DNA of 40,217 bases from an uncultured Candidatus Saccharibacteria bacterium. Its GTDB lineage: Bacteria; Patescibacteriota; Minisyncoccia; Phycocordibacterales; JAKFXT01. A model generated the notes under the pieces. That model made no database searches. It was not told where the DNA came from and saw only the letters and a list, made by a program, of their open reading frames with translations. Below, piece after piece: positions 8,137-18,416 of the stretch. The first letter of the stretch is position 1, and each line of letters starts with the position of its first letter. The position numbers and the translations under genes were made by a program. The stretch covers positions 1-40,217 of the forward strand of contig CAYGDB010000002.1 of the NCBI GenBank assembly GCA_964348535.1, written 5' to 3'.

Positions 8137-9786
8137 ATGGCAAAGAAAATTTTATACAATGAAAAAGCGAGAGAGGCTCTAAAAAGAGGAGTGGATACGG
8201 TGGCTGATGCCGTTAAAATTACTGTTGGACCGCGTGGCAGGAATGTTGTTCTTGATAAGGGATACGGCGCTCCCACTATTACAAATGATGGAGTTTCAAT
8301 AGCCAAAGAGATATCACTTTCTGATAAGTTTGAAAATATGGGAGCGGAGATTGCGAAAGAAGTGGCTACAAAAACAAACGAGGTTGCTGGCGACGGTACC
8401 ACCACTTCTGTTATTTTAATTCAGGCGATTGTGTCAGAAGGAGTAAAGCAAACATCTATGGGGGTGAATGCCATCGGCATTCGTCATGGCATAGAGGCGG
8501 CGGCGCTTGCCGTTGTTTCGGGCCTAAAAGACATCGCTAAACCTATAAAAAGCAAAGAAGAGATAATGCAGGTGGCGACCATTTCTGCGGAATCAAAAGA
8601 AATTGGCAAGATTATAGCCGACACTATTGATAAAGTCGGCAAGGACGGTGTTGTAACCGTTGAGGAATCCCAATCTTTCGGTGTCGATGCCGAGTATGTC
8701 GAAGGACTTGAATTTGATAAAGGATATGTCTCGCCTTATATGATAACGAACCCAGAGAGGATGGAGGCGGAGTATAGAGAACCATTGATTCTCATTACGG
8801 ATAAGAAAATTTCAACAGTTAAAGAAATTTTACCCCTTCTTGAAAAAGTTGCCGCAACAGGAAAAAAGGATTTGGTTATAATCGCAGAGGATGTGGACGG
8901 GGAGGCTCTGGCCACTTTTGTGGTGAACAAACTTCGCGGGGCGTTTAACGTCCTTGCCGTCAAGGCTCCCGGCTATGGCGACCGCAAGAAAGAAATGCTT
9001 GAAGACATTGCCGTTACTGTCGGAGGCAAAGTTATTTCTGAAGAGATTGGATTAAAGCTTGATGGTGTTGAAATTTCCGCGCTCGGCAGAGCTTCTCGAG
9101 TCGTTTCCACCAAAGATTCCACTACTATAGTCGGAGGCAAAGGAAAGAAGACCGATATAGAATCTCGCCTTCAAACTCTTAAAATTCAACGTGAAAAAAC
9201 AGAATCAAAATTTGATATTGAAAAACTTGATGAGAGGATAGCAAAGCTTTCGGGCGGAGTGGCTGTTATAAAAGTCGGAGCGGCCACTGAGACGGAGATG
9301 AAGTATTTAAAATTGAAGATTGAGGACGCGGTCAACGCCACCAAAGCGGCGATTGAAGAAGGAATAGTGCCGGGTGGCGGAGTGGCTTTCATTAAAGCCG
9401 GTCAAAAAGTTTTGGCTAAAAATCTTAAATCACCTTCCGGAAGTTTCGAGTCGGAATTTGCCGTCGGCGTTGCCATAGTTCTGAAGGCGCTTGATATGCC
9501 TCTTAGGCAAATTGCGGTGAACGCCGGAAAAGATGACGGCGCCGTGATTGTCGAAAGAGTAAAACAGTCAAAGGGGAATGCCGGATATGACGCGGTTAAA
9601 GATGTGATTGTGGCGGACATGCTTTTGGCGGGCATTATTGACCCCGTCAAAGTGGCAAGAAGCGCCGTTCAAAATGCGACATCGGCGGCCGCCATACTTT
9701 TGACCACTGAAGTGGCGATCGCGGACGAGCCCGAAAAAGAAAAACCTCAAATGCCCGGTGGTATGGGTGGCGGGATGGATTACTGA
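8137..9786 (+). CDS. groEL: Chaperonin GroEL (Cpn60)
   Basis: AAKEVATKTNEVAGDGTTT, AVKAPGYGDRKK, and a C-terminal GGMGGGMDY tail. 549 aa. Confidence 0.97.
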   Translation: MAKKILYNEKAREALKRGVDTVADAVKITVGPRGRNVVLDKGYGAPTITNDGVSIAKEISLSDKFENMGAEIAKEVATKTNEVAGDGTTTSVILIQAIVSEGVKQTSMGVNAIGIRHGIEAAALAVVSGLKDIAKPIKSKEEIMQVATISAESKEIGKIIADTIDKVGKDGVVTVEESQSFGVDAEYVEGLEFDKGYVSPYMITNPERMEAEYREPLILITDKKISTVKEILPLLEKVAATGKKDLVIIAEDVDGEALATFVVNKLRGAFNVLAVKAPGYGDRKKEMLEDIAVTVGGKVISEEIGLKLDGVEISALGRASRVVSTKDSTTIVGGKGKKTDIESRLQTLKIQREKTESKFDIEKLDERIAKLSGGVAVIKVGAATETEMKYLKLKIEDAVNATKAAIEEGIVPGGGVAFIKAGQKVLAKNLKSPSGSFESEFAVGVAIVLKALDMPLRQIAVNAGKDDGAVIVERVKQSKGNAGYDAVKDVIVADMLLAGIIDPVKVARSAVQNATSAAAILLTTEVAIADEPEKEKPQMPGGMGGGMDY

Positions 9787-9850
9787 AATAGAGGAAAGTA
9801 GACTCTTGGACAATAGATAGCTAGACAATAAGCGGATGCTATGATTTTGA

Positions 9851-9895
9851 AAAGCCCTCTCTCTCACAGCAGAGAGAGGACTTTTTACTTTTTTG
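9851..9895 (+). terminator. Rho-independent terminator after groEL
   Basis: AAAGCCCTCTCTCT-CACAGC-AGAGAGAGGACTTT followed by a T-rich run. Confidence 0.75.
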
Positions 9896-9937
9896 AATAT
9901 GAAATATACTACTTCAGCTTTTGGTATTGGTTTTTCA

Positions 9938-9974
9938 CGGGCTGTAGTATGCTGGTAGTACGCGCGACCTGTCC
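9938..9974 (+). other. tRNA-like 5' half (acceptor 5' strand, D-arm, anticodon-stem 5' strand) with no matching 3' half
   Basis: CGGGCTG-TA-GTA-TGCTGGTAG-TAC-G-CGCGA-CCTGTCC has the same architecture as the 5' half of the adjacent tRNA-Pro. No CAGCCCG acceptor complement or T-arm follows. Confidence 0.35.
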
Positions 9975-10039
9975 ACCTAAATTATTAGGTGGTAGGGTAT
10001 GATAATATGCGCGAAAATATCTCGCACCAAACAAAATAT

Positions 10040-10110
10040 CGGAGTGTGGTATAAAGGTATTACATACGATTCGGGTTCGTATAATCCGGGTTCGATTCTC
10101 GGCACTCCGA
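10040..10110 (+). tRNA. tRNA-Pro (anticodon CGG)
   Basis: Hand-folded cloverleaf. Acceptor CGGAGTG/CACTCCG (7 bp), D-arm GTA-N9-TAC with GG, anticodon arm TACGA-TTCGGGT-TCGTA (U33, CGG, G37), T-arm CCGGG-TTCGATT-CTCGG, discriminator A. CCA is not encoded. Confidence 0.85.
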
Positions 10111-10117
10111 CATATAA

Positions 10118-10290
10118 TTTTGTCGTGGCTGAGCAAGCTTACGCTCAACAGCGTGATGAGGCATCGACCGCTTTACTTGCGGACGGGAATCGAACAGCGG
10201 AGCTATGTTTTACTAGCAAGTAAAACAAGCGAGCTGATACCCAGACAAAACTTTTTGACGAAAAAGTTTTAGTCGCGGGAGATTCCCGGC
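10118..10290 (+). ncRNA. Candidate structured RNA of unknown class immediately downstream of tRNA-Pro
   Basis: Closing helix TTTTGTC(G)TGG / CCAGACAAAA (10118-10128 / 10241-10250). Internal helices TGAGC/GCTCA and CCGCT/AGCGG, 8-bp GTTTTACT/AGTAAAAC, 10-bp AAAACTTTTT/AAAAAGTTTT, CGGGA/TCCCG. A mutually exclusive, pseudoknot-type pairing TTTACTTGC/GCAAGTAAA is also possible. Confidence 0.35.
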
Positions 10291-10348
10291 AACTTGAGAA
10301 TTTGTGAATTAAGAGTCGTTAAATCTCGTGTTATTATAGATTGCGTTT

Positions 10349-10624
10349 ATGGATACTTTTATTACGGCGGCGGTCACAGTTGTTGGAATTATTTTGTCGC
10401 TTGGATACTACCCTCAAGCCTGGCGGATATGGCGTTCTCGCCAGGCTGTTAATATTTCGGTGACTTCGTATGTGATTTTTGCCGTCGGAACCACCACTTT
10501 GTTTTTATACGGTCTCTATAAAGATGACTTTGTAATTATCGCGAGTTTTTTCTTCGGGGCCATAGGGTCCTCTCTGGTCTTGTTTTTAGCTTTATATTTT
10601 AAGTGGAGCTCAAGCGGAAATTAG
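10349..10624 (+). CDS. PQ-loop / SemiSWEET-like small transporter (3 TM)
   Basis: 91 aa with three TM helices and a PQ motif in TM1 (LGYYPQAWRIWRSR), followed by S..YV...G...LFLYGLYKDD, typical of SemiSWEETs. Confidence 0.65.
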   Translation: MDTFITAAVTVVGIILSLGYYPQAWRIWRSRQAVNISVTSYVIFAVGTTTLFLYGLYKDDFVIIASFFFGAIGSSLVLFLALYFKWSSSGN

Positions 10625-10669
10625 ACGAAAATTAGAGAAAATATTTTTTATAATATAAGCTACTGAAAG

Positions 10670-11014
10670 ATGTTGGGTGATAACTTAATTTTATTTTTTG
10701 CGTGGATGATAGGAACGATAGTTTTTGTCCGTGTTTATATTTTGTTTTTTCCGCAGACAAATTTATATATCTTCGGCAGTAACGTCCATCATTTATATTT
10801 CGGAACATCGATGCTTCTTGTTTTAAATGTTACCGACATTGTTGGTCTAAAAGGATGGGAATTTTTGGTCCTTTCCGGCATCGGCAGCGGTCTTGTGCTT
10901 GACCAGCTGGTTTATCTGGTGGCTTCAAACGGCGGACATAAGGCTTATTTTACGCCGTCTCTTTTTGGGCATGGTTATAGTAGTAACTTTTTTGGTCCTG
11001 ATGGGATTTTTTAA
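10670..11014 (+). CDS. Hypothetical integral membrane protein upstream of the atp operon
   Basis: 114 aa, about 3 hydrophobic helices. No motif I recognise. Confidence 0.5.
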   Translation: MLGDNLILFFAWMIGTIVFVRVYILFFPQTNLYIFGSNVHHLYFGTSMLLVLNVTDIVGLKGWEFLVLSGIGSGLVLDQLVYLVASNGGHKAYFTPSLFGHGYSSNFFGPDGIF

Positions 11015-11168
11015 GTTCACTCTCCTAATTTTTTAAAAGTTAAATACTTTAACATATATATCTATTCATTAAATCAATGTGTAAATGGTAATTGATTCTG
11101 TCCAAAAATTTTGGCGGGTGAAGGTTTTGTGATAGACTGGTTACGCCTTTAAAAGGCCTATTATTTTT

Positions 11169-11933
11169 ATGGAAGGAGTACACATATCACTTGGGGCGGA
11201 AAGACTGGGCAGTTTTTTTGGCTTTCCAATTACAAATACGCTTGTGATGACATGGCTGGCTTCTTTTCTGATTATATTTTTTGCCATCGCGGTCGGACGA
11301 AGACTGAAATTTTTACCGGGCAGACTTCAGGTAGTTCTTGAGGAAGGAATTGGCGGAGGAGTTTCTTATGTGGAAGAGACACTTGAAAATAAAAAATTAG
11401 CAAGAACCTTCTTCCCTCTCATAGCTTCTCTTTTTGTTTTTATTTTGGTTGCCAATTGGCTCTATTTTATTCCCGGGGTAGGGAGTATCGGTTTTTTTCC
11501 CGCCGAAGGAGGGTCCGCCTCTGGCGGAGAAGGTGCTAAATTTATTCCTCTTTTGCGCGCCCCAGCCACTGATTTGAATGTTACTTTGGCTCTCTCTCTG
11601 ATAGTTTTTATTGTCATACAAACCGCGGGCTTTCGCGAGCTTGGCTTCTTGAAATACGCCGGAAAATTTGTTAATGTTAAATCTGTTCTGGGTTTTTTGA
11701 TCGGCATCATAGATTTGTTTTCAGAATTGGCCAGACTGATTTCATTTTCTTTCAGGTTGTTTGGAAACATTTTTGCGGGGGAAGTGATTATAGCGATAAT
11801 AATAGCTTTTGTGCCAGTATTTCTTCCGGTTCCGATTCTTTTGTTTGAAGTGTTCGTCGGTTTTATTCAGGCGGCAATATTTTCTCTATTGACGCTCTTT
11901 TTTATTAAAATCGCCGTGGCAACCCATCATTAA
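11169..11933 (+). CDS. atpB: F0F1 ATP synthase subunit a
   Basis: Polytopic protein with the conserved SFSFRLFGNIFAGE (essential Arg) motif. First gene of the atp cluster. Confidence 0.92.
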   Translation: MEGVHISLGAERLGSFFGFPITNTLVMTWLASFLIIFFAIAVGRRLKFLPGRLQVVLEEGIGGGVSYVEETLENKKLARTFFPLIASLFVFILVANWLYFIPGVGSIGFFPAEGGSASGGEGAKFIPLLRAPATDLNVTLALSLIVFIVIQTAGFRELGFLKYAGKFVNVKSVLGFLIGIIDLFSELARLISFSFRLFGNIFAGEVIIAIIIAFVPVFLPVPILLFEVFVGFIQAAIFSLLTLFFIKIAVATHH

Positions 11934-11950
11934 AAAGTCGAGTGGAATAA

Positions 11951-12199
<249 letters not shown>

Positions 12200-12229
12200 G
12201 GTTCGTATAAAACGTAAAATTTCTTAAAA

Positions 12230-12676
12230 ATGGACCAAATAATAACTGTCTTTGGTATAGACTGGAAATTGCTTCTTATACAAGCGGTTAATTTTGGTGT
12301 CGTCCTTTTTGTTTTGGAACGTTTTCTTTACCGACCGGTGATAAAAATGATAGACGAGCGCAGAGAAAAAATAGAACAGGGAGTAAAAAATGCCGAAGTC
12401 GCTTCCTTTGAGCTTCAAAAAGCCGAAACTAAATCTCGCGAGCTTATTTCAAAGGCGGAGATGGAAGCTCGGGAGACTTTAATTTCTGGCAAAAGGATGG
12501 CGGAAGAAAAAGCCGAAAAAATAAAAACTGAAGCCGAAGAAAAAAATAGGATGATTCTTGAAGCCGCTTTAAAGGAGGGAGAAGAAATGAAAAAACGCGC
12601 CATGGAAGAATTGAAAGGGGAGGTGTCGCGTCTTGGGATTTTGGCGGCGGAAAAAATTTTAAGAAAACAGTCATGA
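12230..12676 (+). CDS. atpF: F0F1 ATP synthase subunit b
   Basis: N-terminal TM helix followed by a long charged coiled coil. Positioned between atpE and atpH. Confidence 0.85.
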   Translation: MDQIITVFGIDWKLLLIQAVNFGVVLFVLERFLYRPVIKMIDERREKIEQGVKNAEVASFELQKAETKSRELISKAEMEARETLISGKRMAEEKAEKIKTEAEEKNRMILEAALKEGEEMKKRAMEELKGEVSRLGILAAEKILRKQS

Positions 12677-13065
12677 GATTGGAAGAATCATACGCCCGGG
12701 CTATTTTTAAAAGTTTGGATGGAAAAAATTCCAGTCAAGCGGATTTGGTTGTGAAAAGTTTTTTTTCCGTTGTTTCAAAAAAAGGTCACAGGAATCTTCT
12801 TCCTCGCATAGCCAAAGCTTTTGAAAGAATCTGTTTAAGTTATAAAGCCAGTAAGATGATTAAAATTTTTGTTAGTGAGGAGGGAAAGACGATTGTTCCA
12901 AAAGAAACAATTTTAATGTTTTCTAACAATGCTGAAGAAATTCCCGTTTATGAAACGCAGGACTCCACTATAATCGGCGGATACGTGGCAAAAGGGAAAG
13001 GTTTGCGAGTTGATGGAAGTTACAAAACCGCTCTGCTTTCTCTTTACTCTAAAATAAAAGCTTAA
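12673..13065 (+). CDS. atpH: F0F1 ATP synthase subunit delta (OSCP), short form (130 aa)
   Basis: ATGA overlap with atpF. C-terminal delta signature [25 protein letters not shown]. The N-terminal domain appears shortened. Confidence 0.75.
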   Translation: MRLEESYARAIFKSLDGKNSSQADLVVKSFFSVVSKKGHRNLLPRIAKAFERICLSYKASKMIKIFVSEEGKTIVPKETILMFSNNAEEIPVYETQDSTIIGGYVAKGKGLRVDGSYKTALLSLYSKIKA

Positions 13066-13066
13066 T

Positions 13067-14614
13067 ATGGATAATTCAATTATTGAAAAAATAAAAAAGG
13101 AGATAGAAAATTTCGCGTCAGTTGCCGTTGCCGAGGAAATAGGTGTTGTGGTTAAAGTCGGAGACGGGGTTGCTGAAATAGAAGGATTGGATAAAGCTCT
13201 TATGTCCGAAATTGTTCTTTTTGACGAAGTGGAAGGAAAAACGCTTGAAGAATCACTCAACCAAAAATCCGAGCTTTTTGGTCTTCTTTTAAATTTGGAA
13301 GAGGAATCTGTAAAGGCGATTATTTTGGGCGACACAGCGAGAGTCAAAGAAGGAATGACTGTAAAGCGGGTTGGTAAAATTCTCTCGGTGCCTGTGGGCG
13401 ATGTTTTGGTGGGGAGAGTGGTGAACGCGCTCGGAGAAGCGATTGACGGAAAGGGGGAAATAAAATCAGACGAGTATTACCCGGTGGAGCGTGACGCTTA
13501 CGGAGTTATCGATAGGTCGCCGGTCAATGTTCCTGTTCATACCGGTATAAAAGCCATTGATTCCATGATTCCCGTCGGTCGGGGACAGCGTGAGCTTATC
13601 ATAGGGGACAGGGGGGTGGGAAAGACGGCTATTGCCATTGATACTATTTTAAATCAAAAAAGCGAACCGAAAGAAACACGGCCAATTTGTATTTATGTTG
13701 CCATAGGTCAAAAAGAATCAAAGACGGCAAGAATAGTTCAAGAGCTCAAGGATTATGGAGCGCTTGAATACACTATTATTGTTTCAGCTTCCGCATCATC
13801 TCCGGCCTCGCTTCAATTTTTAGCGCCTTACGCCGGAGTCGCCATGGCTGAATATTTTATGGAAAAAGGCAAAGACGCCATCATTATTTATGATGACCTT
13901 TCAAAACACGCCGTGGCTTATCGCCAGATTTCTTTGCTTTTAAGACGTCCACCCGGGCGAGAAGCTTATCCTGGCGATGTTTTCTATCTTCACTCCCGTC
14001 TTTTGGAGCGGGCGGCAAAACTTTCAAAAGAAAAAGGCGGAGGGTCCGTGACGGCTCTTCCGATTATTGAAACTCAAGCCGGCGATGTTTCGGCTTACAT
14101 TCCGACCAATGTCATATCTATCACTGACGGACAAATTTATCTTGAAACGGATTTATTTAACAAGGGCATGAGACCCGCGGTGAACGTTGGAATTTCCGTT
14201 TCTCGCGTCGGTTCAAATGCTCAGACAAAAGCCATGAAAAAAGTGGCGGGCAAAATTCGTCTTGAGCTTGCCCAGTTCAGGGAGCTTGAAGCTTTTATGC
14301 AGTTTTCAAGCGACCTTGACGCTGAAACAAAAAAGCGGATTGAAAAAGGGAAAATGCTTTCCGAAGTTTTGACTCAAGGCAGAGGAGCGCCGCTTTCTTT
14401 TGAAAGGCAGGTTGTGGTTATTTATTCTGCCGTGAATGGATACATGGATTCGGTGCAGGTTTCTCTAATAAGAGAAACAGAGTCAAAACTTTTTGACTAC
14501 ATTGAACGCGAGAGTTCTATTTTTTCCGACATATCTTTTTCCAAAGAGCTAACATCCGATATAGAAGAAAAACTCAAATCCGTTCTTGAAACTTTTTTCA
14601 GCAAACATATTTAA
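13067..14614 (+). CDS. atpA: F0F1 ATP synthase subunit alpha
   Basis: Walker A GDRGVGKT, plus [28 protein letters not shown] and ITDGQIYLE motifs. Confidence 0.97.
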   Translation: MDNSIIEKIKKEIENFASVAVAEEIGVVVKVGDGVAEIEGLDKALMSEIVLFDEVEGKTLEESLNQKSELFGLLLNLEEESVKAIILGDTARVKEGMTVKRVGKILSVPVGDVLVGRVVNALGEAIDGKGEIKSDEYYPVERDAYGVIDRSPVNVPVHTGIKAIDSMIPVGRGQRELIIGDRGVGKTAIAIDTILNQKSEPKETRPICIYVAIGQKESKTARIVQELKDYGALEYTIIVSASASSPASLQFLAPYAGVAMAEYFMEKGKDAIIIYDDLSKHAVAYRQISLLLRRPPGREAYPGDVFYLHSRLLERAAKLSKEKGGGSVTALPIIETQAGDVSAYIPTNVISITDGQIYLETDLFNKGMRPAVNVGISVSRVGSNAQTKAMKKVAGKIRLELAQFRELEAFMQFSSDLDAETKKRIEKGKMLSEVLTQGRGAPLSFERQVVVIYSAVNGYMDSVQVSLIRETESKLFDYIERESSIFSDISFSKELTSDIEEKLKSVLETFFSKHI

Positions 14615-14615
14615 T

Positions 14616-15548
14616 ATGTCCAATCTTCGTGAAATAAAAGGAAAAATAAAAGGAGTGGCAAAAACCCGCCAAGTAACGAGGGCGATGGAGGCTGTTTCCG
14701 CTTCCAAGATGAGAAAAAGTCAGGAGAAGGCGATAGCGGGACGCCCTTATGCCATCTCGGCGTTTCGCATTCTTAATGGACTTTCAAAGAATTTAAATAC
14801 CAGAGAAAGTTTTTTCGTCAAAGAGCGTGAAATGAAAAAAGTTCTTGTCATTCTTATCACAAGCGACCGCGGTTTTGCCGGCGGTTTAAATTCAAGTGTC
14901 ATAAAAAAGACTTTGGCTTTTATGAGTGATAAAAAGATCGCCAAAGAAGACGTTTCTTTTATTTGCGTAGGCAAAAAAGGATATGACTTTTTTTCAAAAC
15001 GAGGTTACTCGATAAGCGAAAACTTTGAAAAGTTTGAAGACGCTTTGCCAATATCTGAAGTGGAAGAAATATCGTCCCGCGCCGTAGATTTGTACAAAGA
15101 GGGCGATTTTACTCATGTGTTCGTGGCTTATAGCAACTTCGTCTCAACTTTTACACAGGAACCTTTGCTTAACCAAGCCCTGCCTCTTCGTCAAGAAGAA
15201 ATAGCCCGGATTATAGAATCCATAAGGCCCGCCCGTGGCAAGTATTCCGAAATGTTCAAGGACGAAAAAAGTCCGGATGAAAACAGCTTTGCCGATTATT
15301 TGTTTGAACCGTCCGCAGAGCTTGTTTTTGAACGATTGGTTTTTGACTTGATTGCGGTTCTTGTTTTTCAAAGTTTTGTGGAAGGCAAGGCCTCGGAGTT
15401 TTCGGCAAGAATGGTTGCCATGCGTTCGGCTTCCGAAAAAGCTCTTGAAATGGGAAATGCTCTCTCGCTTTCTTACAACAAAGCTCGTCAATCAGTCATC
15501 ACTCGAGAAGTCTCCGAAATAGTCGGCGGAGTTGAAGCATTAGCCTAA
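14616..15548 (+). CDS. atpG: F0F1 ATP synthase subunit gamma
   Basis: MSNLREIKGKIKGVAKTRQVTRAMEAVSASKMRK N-terminus and C-terminal ITREVSEIVGG. ATG 14616 was chosen over the upstream TTG 14586, which overlaps atpA. Confidence 0.92.
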   Translation: MSNLREIKGKIKGVAKTRQVTRAMEAVSASKMRKSQEKAIAGRPYAISAFRILNGLSKNLNTRESFFVKEREMKKVLVILITSDRGFAGGLNSSVIKKTLAFMSDKKIAKEDVSFICVGKKGYDFFSKRGYSISENFEKFEDALPISEVEEISSRAVDLYKEGDFTHVFVAYSNFVSTFTQEPLLNQALPLRQEEIARIIESIRPARGKYSEMFKDEKSPDENSFADYLFEPSAELVFERLVFDLIAVLVFQSFVEGKASEFSARMVAMRSASEKALEMGNALSLSYNKARQSVITREVSEIVGGVEALA

Positions 15549-15557
15549 AAAGTGTAA

Positions 15558-16982
<1,425 letters not shown>

Positions 16983-17018
16983 AAGAATACCTGGATATTT
17001 TATTATTTGGCTATTAAA

Positions 17019-17261
17019 ATGAATTTATTTCCTCTCACAATCACAGCTCTTGATTCGGTCCGATATTTTGGCGAAGCTGAATCGCTGACATGCCCCGGTA
17101 TTGAAGGGGAAGTGACTATTCTAAAGGGTCACGTTCCTCTTATAACAAACATGAAAAGCGGAAAAATCACCGTAAAAAAGTCCGGAGAAGAACCTCTTAT
17201 TTTTCAGGCTGAAAAAGGCATTTTGGAAGTTTCTAAAAAAGGAGTAACCGTTCTTTTATAA
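17019..17261 (+). CDS. atpC: F0F1 ATP synthase subunit epsilon, beta-sandwich domain only (about 80 aa)
   Basis: MNLFPLTI...GEVTILKGHVPLIT...G.I motif pattern of the epsilon N-terminal domain. The ORF ends before the usual C-terminal helical hairpin. Confidence 0.75.
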   Translation: MNLFPLTITALDSVRYFGEAESLTCPGIEGEVTILKGHVPLITNMKSGKITVKKSGEEPLIFQAEKGILEVSKKGVTVLL

Positions 17262-17272
17262 ATTTTAATAAT

Positions 17273-17305
17273 AAAGAAGGTAACGGCTTGCCGTTACCTT
17301 CTTTC
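17273..17305. terminator. Bidirectional rho-independent terminator between convergent atpC and 17311..17805(-)
   Basis: AAAGAAGGTAACGGC-TT-GCCGTTACCTTCTTT, a perfect 15-bp palindromic stem with A/T flanks. Confidence 0.8.
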
Positions 17306-17310
17306 TGACT

Positions 17311-17805
17311 TCATTGCTGATTTGTTTTCTTAAGGTCTTTAAATACTTCCTCAAGCAACCAGCTGTCCACTTTTCCCCCCTTGTCGCGGGCTATGCAAAA
17401 TTTTCCGCCATTAGGATTTTCCCACCACTCTGTCTCCAGTTCTCCCCATGGTGATTTTAATATGGAGTTCTTTGGAACAGCGTTTATCAGCATTTCTTTT
17501 ATCACAGCAAAGTTGAGAGGGATAACCTCAATTTCGCCCTGTCCAGAAATTATGACTGAATTCCAATCGGGATCTTCCTTGATTTTAAATCCAGCAACCC
17601 CTTCAGTGATGAGAATTTTCTGTTCAACAGCAAATTCAACCGCAAGAATTTCAAAGCACTTCTGGGCAGCTAAAGGGTCTATACTTGATATATAGATACC
17701 AATTTTGTCGGTCAGACGAATTCGCAGACCCGCAGTGTCAGGAATGCCCGTAACAGTGAATTTTATTACACATGATTTAGGTTTGTGTTCCACCACTTTC
17801 TCCAA
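17311..17805 (-). CDS. Hypothetical protein (164 aa, TTG start); weak resemblance to SUKH/SMI1-type immunity-like proteins
   Basis: An ORF with no competing frame. The C-terminal WWENPNGGKFCIARDKGGKVDSW resembles the SMI1/KNR4 C-terminal pattern, from memory only. Confidence 0.45.
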   Translation of the reverse strand: MEKVVEHKPKSCVIKFTVTGIPDTAGLRIRLTDKIGIYISSIDPLAAQKCFEILAVEFAVEQKILITEGVAGFKIKEDPDWNSVIISGQGEIEVIPLNFAVIKEMLINAVPKNSILKSPWGELETEWWENPNGGKFCIARDKGGKVDSWLLEEVFKDLKKTNQQ

Positions 17806-17901
17806 GAACAGTTTTCACTATTGGCATACTAACACAAAGACCCATTATCGTAAAAGTAAAAAAGAGTAATGATTTTACTTTAGCCTCTTATTTGCTATAG
17901 T

Positions 17902-17926
17902 CTAATTCGTGAGAATAAGAGAATAG
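17902..17926. promoter_or_regulatory. 25-nt repeat copy R1 (candidate operator)
   Basis: CTAATTCGTGAGAATAAGAGAATAG. Confidence 0.5.
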
Positions 17927-17980
17927 AATACAAATCTAAAACTAAACTTCAACTTCAAACCATTTAGGTATCTTCATGCG

Positions 17981-18005
17981 CTAATTCGTACGAATAAGAG
18001 AATAG
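17981..18005. promoter_or_regulatory. 25-nt repeat copy R2 (candidate operator; contains the perfect 12-bp palindrome ATTCGTACGAAT) abutting the -10 box of the ArsR gene
   Basis: CTAATTCGTACGAATAAGAGAATAG, followed 3 nt later by TATAAT (18009..18014). Confidence 0.5.
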
Positions 18006-18008
18006 TCG

Positions 18009-18014
18009 TATAAT
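18009..18014 (+). promoter_or_regulatory. -10 box TATAAT of the ArsR-family gene
   Basis: tcgTATAATagag, about 30 nt upstream of ATG 18045. Confidence 0.45.
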
Positions 18015-18044
18015 AGAGAAATAAAAATACGCTGAAAGAAAAAA

Positions 18045-18314
18045 ATGAAAGAAAAAGAGTTAGAAAAAGTTTTTAAAGCCTTAGCAAACAGGAGAAGACT
18101 GGTCATACTGACTTTTCTTAAAAAAACAAAAAAAGCAAATGTCGGTGAGATAGCAGAGGAGATTAAATTATCTTTTAAATCCACGTCTAGACATTTGAGC
18201 GTTTTAACATCCTCTGGAATTCTCGATAAAGAACAGAATGGTCTCTACTTCATTTACTCATTTTTGACAGAGCAAAGCCAAATGATGAAAAAGATTCTAA
18301 ATGTGATTTTGTAA
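18045..18314 (+). CDS. ArsR/SmtB-family winged-helix transcriptional regulator (89 aa)
   Basis: LANRRRLVILTFLKK...ANVGEIAEEIKLSFKSTSRHLSVLTSSGIL is the classic HTH_20/ArsR recognition-helix pattern. Confidence 0.8.
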   Translation: MKEKELEKVFKALANRRRLVILTFLKKTKKANVGEIAEEIKLSFKSTSRHLSVLTSSGILDKEQNGLYFIYSFLTEQSQMMKKILNVIL

Positions 18315-18331
18315 CTTGATTCAAACATACG

Positions 18332-18356
18332 CATATTCGTGAGAATAGGGGAATAG
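18332..18356. promoter_or_regulatory. 25-nt repeat copy R3 (candidate operator) between the ArsR gene and the 341-aa orphan gene
   Basis: CATATTCGTGAGAATAGGGGAATAG. Confidence 0.45.
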
Positions 18357-18416
18357 GGTAGGTGGGTGATGAAATGAGATATGTGAAGGTGTTTATATTT
18401 ATAATTGTGGTGTGTG

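Noticed and set aside
9909-10223. Two overlapping ORF-track entries (9909..10148 minus strand, 79 aa; 9999..10223 plus strand, 74 aa) in the groEL-to-SemiSWEET gap.
   Set aside because: Both run straight through a well-folding tRNA-Pro and a highly structured non-coding region. Neither has a start context or recognisable protein features. I treat them as spurious.
9938-10290. Possibility that the tRNA-like pieces plus the structured region are a tmRNA (ssrA), SRP/4.5S RNA, RNase P RNA or a T-box leader.
   Set aside because: No acceptor 3' strand plus CCA complements the 5' piece. No T-arm occurs at a 3' end. No plausible tag ORF ends in hydrophobic/Ala residues before a stop in a hairpin. 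There is no GGAAGCAGC-type SRP helix-8 motif, no GGAAAGTCCGGGC RNase P motif, and only a weak T-box-like GGTGGTA. None of these identifications could be supported by eye, and Rfam scanning is still needed.
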